Shown here piece by piece: positions 53,128 through 64,000 of a DNA stretch of 64,000 bases; the first letter of the stretch is position 1; each line of letters begins with the position of its first letter. The notes beneath the pieces are model-generated. The model was not told the DNA's origin. It saw only the letters and a program-made list of their open reading frames with translations, and searched no databases. This DNA is from Octopus vulgaris (taxonomy: Eukaryota), in NCBI GenBank assembly GCA_951406725.2, contig OX597826.1, positions 36,208,001 to 36,272,000 of the forward strand, written 5' to 3'. The position numbers and the translations under genes are program-made.

Positions 53128-54199
53128 AGAAAGGTTTATATTAATTTCTGGTATATGTTAGTTGCTATACTTTTTTTTTGCAACCCATAACATACTACCA
53201 AGTATATTAAAGGTTTATAAGTCCTTTCTGCATCCTACATTCTGTTAATAGTGCTTTGTTTTCCTTTTAAAGTCTGTCTCCACAGGTATTGTATATAATT
53301 TAGAGCCTGCACTCAAAGTTATGATGTTTCATATACAAATACATGCATGTAAACAATACAATCAAATGATGTATTCACATATAAAACATTATAACTTTCA
53401 GTTCTGGTTCTAAATGCTATACAAAATCTAAAGAGATTGACTTAAAGAAAAAGGAACTGTACATATCTTATCAACTATAAAAAGGGAGAAAATCAAATAT
53501 GGCATCACCAGGATTTGAACTCATACGGCAGAGATCCAGAATAAAATCTGTGAGGTATTTTATCCTGTTGTCTCACTAATTTGCCAATTCACCATATTAA
53601 TATTTAAATGACAACACAAAATTCCCATTTAGAAAATAAGGGTGTGAAAGAGGGATGTCAACAGTTTTAACTTAGTCACCATTACAAAATGATGGGTTTC
53701 TAAGGACTTTATTACCCAACCTCTCTCAACTAACAACCATTTAACCATTTAAAACATTGGCCTTCAAACAGTGTGCAGCAAATAATATCTAGAGGTGTCA
53801 TGAAAGTTTGGGAATATAATTTTAGCTTTTGGAAAATCATATTAATCTTTGAACACCTTCAAATATGTGTTATTCTTAATCTAGTTAGTCACAAATATGA
53901 TACATAAAACGTGATAAACAATAGGTTTTTCACATATTTTTCTAAACTTTTAATTCTAAAATAGCAATAACATCATGGAAGAGCACTTCTAGCCATTTTA
54001 TAGCACATAAAACGTTAAATTTTCTTTAAATTTCATGTTTATTTAATGAACTCTCAAATTTATGAAATATATTTCAAAGTGAATTTGGAAAAGATTTTGT
54101 GTTCTTAAAATCGCTAGAATAGCTCTTCCATTATAAAATTAAATCCTTGTTAACACAGTTTCACATCAAGTCAGTGTTCAACCAATTTGACATAGTAAC

Positions 54200-54428
54200 T
54201 TTAGCCCTTTAATTACCATATTTCTAAGGAAAGACAGTCTTTGTCTCTATCATTTTGGAAATATTGAAGAATTTAGGAAACTAACTTTGTCATCATTAGG
54301 CTGGTGTCTGTGACATGAATTAACATGAAATTTTGATGGAACATTCTAAGTTATTTCACTCAAAGACGGAAATTTTGTATCATACAACTAGGGGGTAGTC
54401 TTGGGTGAGGTACTATCCAAAGAGTTAA
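54200..54428. mobile_element. piggyBac-type MITE (~230 bp)
   Basis: ttagcccttt...aaagagTTAA termini; reverse-oriented fragments at ~28946 and ~37058. Confidence 0.65.
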
Positions 54429-54522
54429 AATAGTTTTTTTCTGTTTTTAACTTCCCATGTGTAGAATCAAAATGTTAGAATTAAAATGTTGGTATTAAAA
54501 TGGTTAAAACAGATTTTGTTTT

Positions 54523-54716
54523 ACAGTTCTATATTTCAGAGCTAAGGAATTACGTACATTATTTACATTATTTTCATTTGACGGATATTTGTCCTCATCT
54601 TGTTTGTTGTTAACACAACGTTTCGGCTGATATACTCTCCAGCCTCCATCAGGTGTCTTGGGAAAATTTAGAACCTGGGTTCTCATTCCTAAGGTATTTA
54701 TCGATGTTATATTATT
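54523..54716 (-). mobile_element. Family H element, 5'-truncated at the TAA tract
   Basis: Complete tail ending aactgt plus the hammerhead region. Confidence 0.88.
54612..54657 (-). ncRNA. Minimal type I hammerhead motif with intact helices I-III and one core change
   Basis: gacac CTGATGG a ggctg gagagtatat cagcc GAAA CGTT gtgtt. Confidence 0.75.
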
Positions 54717-54742
54717 ATACATACATACATATATATACATAC

Positions 54743-54773
<31 letters not shown>

Positions 54774-54855
54774 CACACACAAAAATATACATAGATGCAC
54801 ACAGACACATGCATATATATACATACATACATACATACATTCATATATACATACA

Positions 54856-54889
<34 letters not shown>

Positions 54890-55225
54890 CATACATACAT
54901 GCATATATATACATAAGGAAGCTATTAAAAGTGAAAGAATAAAAGTGAAACTATAAAAAGTGAAAAAATATAAAAGTGAAAGTATTGAAAGTTGAACAAT
55001 ATAAAAGTGAAACTATTTATAACTTTTACTCCATCAAAACAAAGGTTTCGTTTTTATTCTCTGTTTTGAGACATAATACAGAACCAGTGCCAATGTTGTA
55101 TTGTTTTAATCCCCCAAAATTACATGTTGACACTCCTGGTGTCATATTATTACTATGTAAAGTTTGATTTGATTTGATCAAGTTGTTTGAGAATGTATTG
55201 GGAACAGACAGAGAGACAAAGGATT

Positions 55226-55283
<58 letters not shown>

Positions 55284-55288
<5 letters not shown>

Positions 55289-55593
55289 ATGTTTCTACAG
55301 CTGGATGCCCTTCCTAATGCCAACCACTCTGTGAGTGTAGTGGGTGCTTTTTACGTGCCACCCACACAGGTGCCAGGCGAGGCTGGCAATGGCCACAGAC
55401 AGATTGGTGTAATTTACGTGCCACCGGCACGGAAGCCAGTTGAGACGGCGCTGGCATCGGCCACGATTCGGATAGTGCTTTTTACGTACCACCAGTACAG
55501 GGGTCCTGGCATCTGCCGGGTGCCAGTCATAGGATTGGTTCAATTTCGATTTCGATTTCACTTGCCCCAACATGTCTTCACAAGGAAAGGGGC
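55284..55593 (-). mobile_element. SINE-like family C copy (3' end lost)
   Basis: tttctacagctggatgcccttcctaatgccaaccac... with three internal motifs. Confidence 0.85.
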
Positions 55594-55934
55594 AATTATA
55601 TATATATATATATATATAGGGATAGATATAGATGAAAGGTTAAACATGTACTTACAGAATGATTGTACCATATTTTAGATTGTGTCCTTTGCTAGTCTGG
55701 AACATTTCTTTATATGGCACAGTGGTGCAGTTGTTATGTGGGAAAAGATCTGAGTTATAAAGAACAAATACACTGACGTCTCTTTGGAATTGTCTGCCTG
55801 GTTTTGAGCAAAGTCCATTGGTAGGTTAGTTCCTCTTATAAACATTTAATACTCATATTGGTTATTCTGGTAAGCCTGAATATTTGAATGAATAGTACAG
55901 TTCCTGTGAGAGGACACAGTAAGAATGATGACAA

Positions 55935-55965
<31 letters not shown>

Positions 55966-56710
55966 GAGAGACAGACAGACAGGCAAAGACAGACAGACAG
56001 AGACAGACAAAGACAGACAGACAGAGAATAAAATGGAGAAATCAGGTGTACCTGAGTGGAGCTGGCACAAAACCAGGCCACTAGTTTCAAAGAGCAGAAG
56101 CCAATAGTGAAATTCTATAACAATAAATCTACAGAGCTATTCTAGCAGATATAAAAAATGTGTTACATCAAATCAGGAGTATCAAAGATTGAAGTTCATT
56201 GATATGATGTCTGCGAGAAGATTTATTTCATACGAATCTAAACACAGGAGACTAGAATCAAATACAGCCTTAAAGACATGGCACTGTTGGTAAAATGGTT
56301 ATGCCATCACATAAAAACCTGATCATTCTATAGGATTCCTATCACCATTTTAATGTTGGAAACTGACAGAAAGATCTCTTTTATTATTTGTTTCAGCGCT
56401 GTTTTAATAATAATGGCAACTCATGTCTCATCATTTTGGCGTGTATGTGTCTGAGTGTATGTTTGTGTATTTGTATGTGTGTCTGCTTCAAAGCATGTGC
56501 ACTTAGTGTGTGTGAGTATTTGTATCTCTATGTGCTTGTGTGTGTTTCAGTACATCAGTGTTTGTGTGTGTGTATGTAAGTGCATGTATGTGTGTGCATG
56601 CTTGAATATGTACTTGTGTATGTGTTGTATGTGTGTGTGTATTCATGTTTATGTTTGGGTTGTGTGCATAACTATATACATACATACACACACACACATA
56701 TATATGTGTA

Positions 56711-56755
<45 letters not shown>

Positions 56756-57059
56756 ATATATGTATATATATATCTGTGTATGTGTATGCTTTCATTTGTA
56801 TGAGTGTATCTGTGTGCTTGTATTTGTGTCTGTGTGTTTGCATGTCCATGTGTGTATGTGTGTGTGTGTGTGAATGTGTGTGTGCGTGTGTGTGTGCGTG
56901 CGTGTGTATGTGTGTGTGGAGAATTCTGCCAGACATATTTGGAAGTTATGACTTCCTAACCAGTCTGTTCTCCAAAAGTTTACAGTCAATATATCCTACT
57001 AAAATTAACGACCAAATCATTTCTTGCCATCATTTCATTAAATAGATGCAATCACATGC

Positions 57060-57103
<44 letters not shown>

Positions 57104-57552
57104 GCACACATATGCACACACAGACTCACTAAAATACTCACACTCACAGAGCAACTTTAACAAACTCTCTTTCCAAACACACACACATACACACACACAG
57201 GCACACACAAACACATGCACACATATACATATACATATGTGTGTGCTTGCATGTGTGTGTATGTATGTATATGTATTGAGGTAAATATACACACGTCTAC
57301 AAATGCACACACATATGTTCACTGAAGTAATTATTAATCAAATAAAAAATCTCATCCAGATACACACAAATGCACAAATACACAAATGTATACATAAACC
57401 CATATACACATACATGTATATTAACACATATACACACAATTCTACATAGTCATAAAATCATACTAAAACATAAGCCTGTTCCATATGCTCCAGCTCAGGC
57501 TCAACCAGACTCATAAAAGTTCTCAGATAAAGATATATACAACTCATCAGTA

Positions 57553-57600
<48 letters not shown>

Positions 57601-57879
57601 TATACACATATATGTACATACATATATGCACATATATTTATATACACGCACATAAACATATGAATATGCATATACACAGATTTACGCATGTATGTATATA
57701 TGTATATGTATATATATGTTCATATGAATAGGTTGACATATATACATGCGTGTGTGTGTGTGTGAGTGTGTGAAATATATATATACATAAACAAACATTC
57801 ATAAATACACATATATGTACATACACACTCACATGCATGCACACTCGTGCATGTATACACACATGTTTATATATACATA

Positions 57880-57925
<46 letters not shown>

Positions 57926-58688
57926 CTCAATTAAATATACATGCATAATTGTATGCTAATATACATACATTTATACATACTGACATAAATATATACACAC
58001 TCACTAAGTCAACTATACATGGCTACACACACATGGCAAAATATGCATTTACATACGTACATACATACATACATTGTTGTAACACTCATCTGTTTTTTTA
58101 CATATACATATATACATATATATACATACATAATACATATATATATATATTGATAGATAGAGAGATATGCATACATATACACATACAAACATATACATAC
58201 ATATATATGTATATATACATACCTACATGCGCACACACAAAAACACACACACATAGCTGTCACACATACACAATTACATGTGCCCATACAACTGTACACT
58301 TCCATATGCATATTCATATTTACTCATATATATATATATATCCACATAGTAATACACAGACGATTACACACACACGTAGAACAGCATAAGCCCCACACCG
58401 GCTACCATGAATGTATTCAATGCTACACACATGCTGTATGTTTACAAATGGATGTGTTGTATACACATATGAAGTGCATTTGTTTTCGCATTGCAATTCA
58501 ATCAATGTTAATGTTGGCATTATTATCATTACTGCATTACATTATATTAGCAAAGGCTCAAGGGATAACATTGGCATTTGTAGGAGATAGCATGTATATA
58601 TATATTTAATAATATTTAGATGTACATTCACATGCATACATACATATATATATATATATTTATATTTACATAACTATACATGTACTTA

Positions 58689-58757
<69 letters not shown>

Positions 58758-58948
58758 ATGTATATATATACATATATTAATATTTATATTTATATAACTA
58801 TACACGTACTTATATATATTTAAATATATATGAACATATACATACATATGTATATGTGTTTATATATCTATCTATATCTATCTAGATACATTTATACATG
58901 TATATATATTTGTGCATTTATATTTAGAAAGATATATCTAGTTATATG

Positions 58949-59020
<72 letters not shown>

Positions 59021-59506
59021 TGTGTGTGTGTGTATCTGTGTGTGTGTGTGTCTCTGTGTGTGTGTATAATTTATCCAGTATGGTTGTTCCTACATACTTA
59101 GCCTAAATAAATGCCTTGAATACACTCACATGCACACACACACACACGTGCATGCACACACACATACACACATGCATGCATGTATATTCACACACATATT
59201 CGTTTTCAGAAAACCGGAGGAAATACAAGAACGATGATGACGACGATGATGATGATGATGATGATGGTGATGGTGGTGATGATGATGATGATGATGATGA
59301 TGACGACCATGATGATGACGACACGGAGTAGGAGGAGGAGAAGTAGAAACATGAAACACATGCATAGATAGAATGACAAATACTCCAACAACACAATTAT
59401 ACTCACCAATATATACTTATGTATATACCATCAGAAGTGTATGTATATATGCAACTCCAAATATGTACAGCAGTGCATGTATACATACATACATACATAC
59501 ATACAT

Positions 59507-59552
<46 letters not shown>

Positions 59553-60251
59553 ATATGTATGTGTGTGTGTGTGTATAATACATATATATATATGCATATA
59601 TATTTATCTATGTATATACACACACACACACACATATATGCACGCATACTCACATTGAAGCTAATGCACAGAGAGACACATGTGATCACACTCAAATATA
59701 TATGCACACAATCACAGGAGCTTGTAAACATACACATGCAAATACATACACTTACACACACACACACACATGCAGTCACACACCTATACACATATAGACA
59801 TGCTGCAAGCAGGCAAGACTCAGCGTAATTGCCGTGTGTAGTATCGAAATGTGGTGCTGATACCGTTTTATAGACAGTTGCTGGTATAGACAGTTCTAGA
59901 GATAATGGTAGTTAGTGGAAGCAAATGGAATGGTCCCATGGAGTAGGGCAGGAAGAAGAGAAGGTAGGCGATGTAAATGAGATGGAAGGATGTAAGAGAG
60001 TGGAGGTGGGAGGAATGGGAAAATGCAGAGAAACAAGGAAAGAAAATAGTGAGAGGGAAAAGGGAACGGTGGGAATAGTGAATTAGCATGGTGTGCAATG
60101 GGAGCTTTTGGGAACATTGCAAGACAGGTTCAAGAATGGAATTGTAGATGTGATTATGTAGCTATTTCAATACACACAAGATAATATAGACATGCATACA
60201 TACAAACATACATATATTCATTCATACATACATGAATACATACATGCATAT

Positions 60252-60526
60252 GGCATGTAAAAAAAGTACCGCCCGAATGTGGCTGGTGCTAGCGCTGCCT
60301 TGACTGGCTTCCATGCTGGTGGCATGTAAAATGCACCAATCTGATTGTGGCCGTTGCCAGCCTCGCCTGGCACCTGTGCCGGTGGGACGTAAAAAGCACC
60401 CACTACACTCTTGGAGTGGTTGGCATTAGGAAGGGCATCCAGCTGTAGAAACATTGCCAGATCAAACCGGAGCCTGGTGCAGCCTCCTAGCTTCCCAGAC
60501 CCCAGTTGAACCGTCCATGCCAGCAT
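60252..60526 (+). mobile_element. SINE-like family C copy
   Basis: Internal repeats plus gtggttggcattaggaagggcatccagctgtag and a (GAT)n tail. Confidence 0.85.
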
Positions 60527-60592
60527 GATGATAATGATGATAATGCTGATAATGATGATGATGATGATATATGCATATATATATGTATTTAT

Positions 60593-60974
60593 GGCATGGC
60601 TGAGTGGTAAGAAGCTTGCTTTCCAGCCACATGGTTACAGGTTCAGTCCCACTATGTGACGCTTTGAGCAAGTGTCTCCTGGCTATAGCCTTGGGCCAAC
60701 CAAAGCCTTGTGAGTGGATTTGGTAGATGGAAACTGAAAATAGGCAGTCATGAGTGTGTGTGTGTATCTTTCTATCTATGTTTGTCCACCACCACTACTT
60801 GACAACCGGTGTTGGTGTATTCATATCCTTGCTACTAGTGGTTTGGCAACAAAACCAATAGAATAAGTACCAAATAATAACCAGTCCTGAGATTGATTTG
60901 GTTGACTAAAACCCCTTCAAGGTGGTGCCCCAGCATGACCGTAATCAAATGACTGACACAAGTAAAAGAAAAGA
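60593..60974 (+). mobile_element. SINE family A copy
   Basis: Colinear with the 25908 copy. Confidence 0.87.
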
Positions 60975-61011
60975 TAATATATATATATATATATATATAT
61001 TATATAGATAT

Positions 61012-61155
61012 ATATAAAATCAAAATGAGGAACATGATGTAAAGTATTACAACAATACGACTGTTTCAAGTGGATCCATTTAATTGAATAATCATTTTAT
61101 CAATTTAAATGCAGTGCTATCTTCAGTTGCACATATAAATAAATGGAATTTTAAC
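61012..61155 (-). mobile_element. Penelope-type fragment with hammerhead-like motif
   Basis: gcaa CTGAAGA [AT-rich hairpin] GAAAC agtc GTA ttgt. Confidence 0.55.
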
Positions 61156-61528
61156 AAGTAGGACACATTAATATAATTTTTCTTAAATATTTTAACAGTG
61201 TAAGAAGATGGAAGAAATTCATGCTGTTGTTTCTATTATAGCTAGGAAGAGACTACAACTTCTAAGAATCGCACGAAGCCTCGAGGGGTCATAGTGTTGT
61301 ATGGTATTGTAATTCATTTCCAATTCATTTATCTCTTTATCAACTACTAAATCTGATTCTAGAAGATTGTGTCTATTTTGAATATAGGACAAGAGTGGGT
61401 TGACAGCTCATAGCTTGGGGTATGGCCATAAATATTATCATATGTATCCTTTTTCTTCAGGGAGTAAATAAGACATTGAGAGTAGTCAGTTGGATATAAG
61501 TATATATATGTATATATATATATATATT

Positions 61529-61569
<41 letters not shown>

Positions 61570-61669
61570 ATGTATGTATGTATATGTATATGTATAGACA
61601 GACAGATAGATAGATACTCACATAAATACATATAGACACATGCACCTGTATGATGCATACATGCTCTTA

Positions 61670-61701
<32 letters not shown>

Positions 61702-61773
61702 CATACATACATACATACATACATACATACATACATACATACATACATACATACATACAAACATATATATATA

Positions 61774-63000
61774 TATGGTACATCAATTTTTGAGAGCACC
61801 TCTTTCAAGAGCCCTAACTTTCTTCTAATTTATTTTTTTACTTTCCTTTCAGATAAATAATGCCAGACATCAGGTTGATTCAACAAATGAAAGAGCATTG
61901 CTGTACATGTTGCATTAAATGTGCAATGTAGTGCAATTAACTGTGCATTAAATGTGCAATGATACAGAGTTAGTTCACTTCCTGACAATCGTCTGATCCT
62001 CCGTTATCAAAGTCCAAAAAGAGCTAGAAGCTGCTGATAGGGATCCAACATCAGCAGCTAAATACAAAATGCATGCCCAGGGACCTAGTACCATCAGAAC
62101 GCAACTTTGTGCAAAATGTCTGAGAAATAATCAATAAAATCACCAGAAAGTCTATCAGAACCATTGCAAAGAACTTCAAGGTTTCAGAATGCTTTATCAG
62201 AAGCGTTGTGCACAAAGACATGCAGTGCAAGTTGTATGTGATGTTGAGAGGTCAGTTAATGTTGGATGGGCTAAAAGGGAATCGTTTGATCCGTGCAAAG
62301 CACTTGTTAAACAAGTTAAAACAGCAAGAAGCTGAATGCTTCAGTTTTTCTTTGATGAGAAAATATTTAGGACCAAAAGGTAAACCAATGGAACAGCAGA
62401 TATCTGAATGAGGTTTCAACAATCGTCCATACTAATTTCCTAGCAACTGCGATGTCCCTGGCAATTACTAGCAATGAGGGAGCTGCCTCTTCACTTTTTC
62501 ACAGGGCTTAAGAGTCAATGCCACCGTCTTCACAGAGGCATTGGAGAAAATTGTGTGACCCTAGAAAGAAAGAATAGGCAATGGAAGACTGTACATGTTC
62601 CAACTTCATTGTGTGTCATGTCATTATGACAAGTGAAGATGCATGCCAATCTCCATGATCCTGTTCGCCCAGATACATGGCCCCACAAGCTCAATCTATT
62701 AGAGGTATAATAAAGAGAGAGAGAGATGCTAATGAACGCTCCCAATGCACCATACAATCTCTCAAGTCCACCATAACCAGTACTATGTTCAAAATAGATA
62801 AAGAGCATCTGATTTGGGCATGTCAACACTTCCGACCCTATACTGAAGCAGCCATTGATGCTAACAGTGGATCCATTGAATAGATGCAATGAAAGGTTTC
62901 TTAGTTTGAACCAACTGGTTTTCCAATACAGCTCGTCTTTGATGAGCTATTCACCTTTTTCTAAATTTATACAAATGACCTCAAAATCTGACACACTCTG
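61774..63000 (+). mobile_element. Near-full-length decayed DD37D/maT-type transposon
   Basis: KSIRTIAKNFKVSE..VVHKDM..YVMLRGQLM...NRLIRAKHLLNKLK, FFFDEKIF, AITSNEG, GRLYMFQ, HLIWACQHFRP...GSIE*; degenerate TIRs. Confidence 0.85.
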
Positions 63001-63037
63001 TGTGCATATATATATCATCATCATCATCATCATCATC

Positions 63038-63422
63038 ATTTAGCGTCCGTTCTCCATGCTAGCATGGGTTGGACAGTTCAACTGGGGTCTGTGAAGCTGG
63101 AAGGCTTCATCAGGCCCAGTCAGATCTGGCAGTGTTTCTACGGCTGGATGCCCTTCCTAACGCCAACCACTCCGTGAGTGTAGTGGGTGCTTTTTACGTG
63201 CCACCTGCACAGGTGCCAGACAGAGCTGGCAAACGGCCACGAACAGATGGTGCTTTTACGTGTCACCGGCACGGGGCTAGGCGAGGCTGGCAACGGGCAC
63301 GAACGGATGGTGCTTTTACATGCCACCGACACGGGGGCCAGACAGGGCTGGCAAACGGCCACGAACGGATGGTGCTTTTACGTGTCACCGGCACGGGGGC
63401 CAGGCGAGGCTGGCAACGGACA
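63038..63422 (-). mobile_element. SINE-like family C, young copy with four internal ~60-bp units
   Basis: CpG-rich; motif copies at ~63187, 63250, 63310 and 63372. Confidence 0.88.
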
Positions 63423-63426
63423 CATA

Positions 63427-63586
63427 CGCAGGAGTGGCTGTGTGGTAAGTAGCTTGCTAACCAACCACATGGTTCCGGGTTCAGTCCCACTGCATGGCAT
63501 CTTGGGCAAGTGTCTTCTGCTATAGCCCCGGGCCGACCAATGCCTTGTGAGTGAATTTGGTAGACGGAAACTGAAAGAAGCCTGTC

Positions 63587-63621
<35 letters not shown>

Positions 63622-63845
63622 TGTGTGTGTGTTTGTGTGTCTGTGTTTGTCCCCCTAGCATTGCTTGACAACCGATGTTGGTGTGTTTATGTCCCCGTCA
63701 CTTAACGGTTCTGCAAAAAGAGACCGATAGAATAAGTACTGGGCTTACAAAGAATAAGTCCCGGGGTTGAGTTGCTCCATTAAAGGCGGTGCTCCAGCAT
63801 GACCGCAGTCAAATTACTGAAACAAGTAAAAGAGTAAAAGAGTAA
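63427..63845 (+). mobile_element. SINE family A, intact copy
   Basis: Near-identical to 25908-26329. Confidence 0.92.
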
Positions 63846-64000
63846 TATATATAATCTATGACTACAGTGAGCTTCATGCCTTTCTTGGGATTGTAGTCTA
63901 CTCTTAGTTACAATAGCAGCAACATGAATTTCTTCCATCCTTTTGTTCTGTTAAAGTATTTGAGGAAAATCATATTAATGTGTCCAACTAATTAAAATGC

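Noticed and set aside
63187-63422. Repeat-spacer pattern resembling a CRISPR array
   Set aside because: Spacers are homologous to each other, the unit lies inside a multi-copy eukaryotic retroposon, and no cas genes are present.

Overview
AT-rich eukaryotic non-coding DNA dominated by microsatellites ((TA)n, (CA)n, (CATA)n, (GATA)n, (CAT)n, (TAA)n) and decayed transposable elements. The repeat families resemble those of an octopus (coleoid cephalopod) genome; this is inferred from recognition, not from a search. No intact host protein-coding gene is supported, and nearly all listed ORFs are translated microsatellites. Recognisable elements are a full-length decayed mariner, two DD37D/maT-type Tc1/mariner remnants, a mariner MITE, a hAT C-terminal fragment and piggyBac-type MITEs. 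There are also 3' fragments of R4/Dong (x2), CR1/L2-group, Tx1, Vingi and RTE LINEs, a probable solo LTR, and many copies of at least four SINE-like families. The main signal is a ~300-bp family with six copies at five loci. It joins a tRNA-like Pol III head, an internal (TAA)n tract, a minimal Penelope-type type I hammerhead ribozyme and a fixed tail, and it inserts with fold-back (inverted) ends. About ten further hammerhead-like motifs from unrelated short families are also present. All alignments and folds were done by eye, so coordinates of decayed repeats are approximate.
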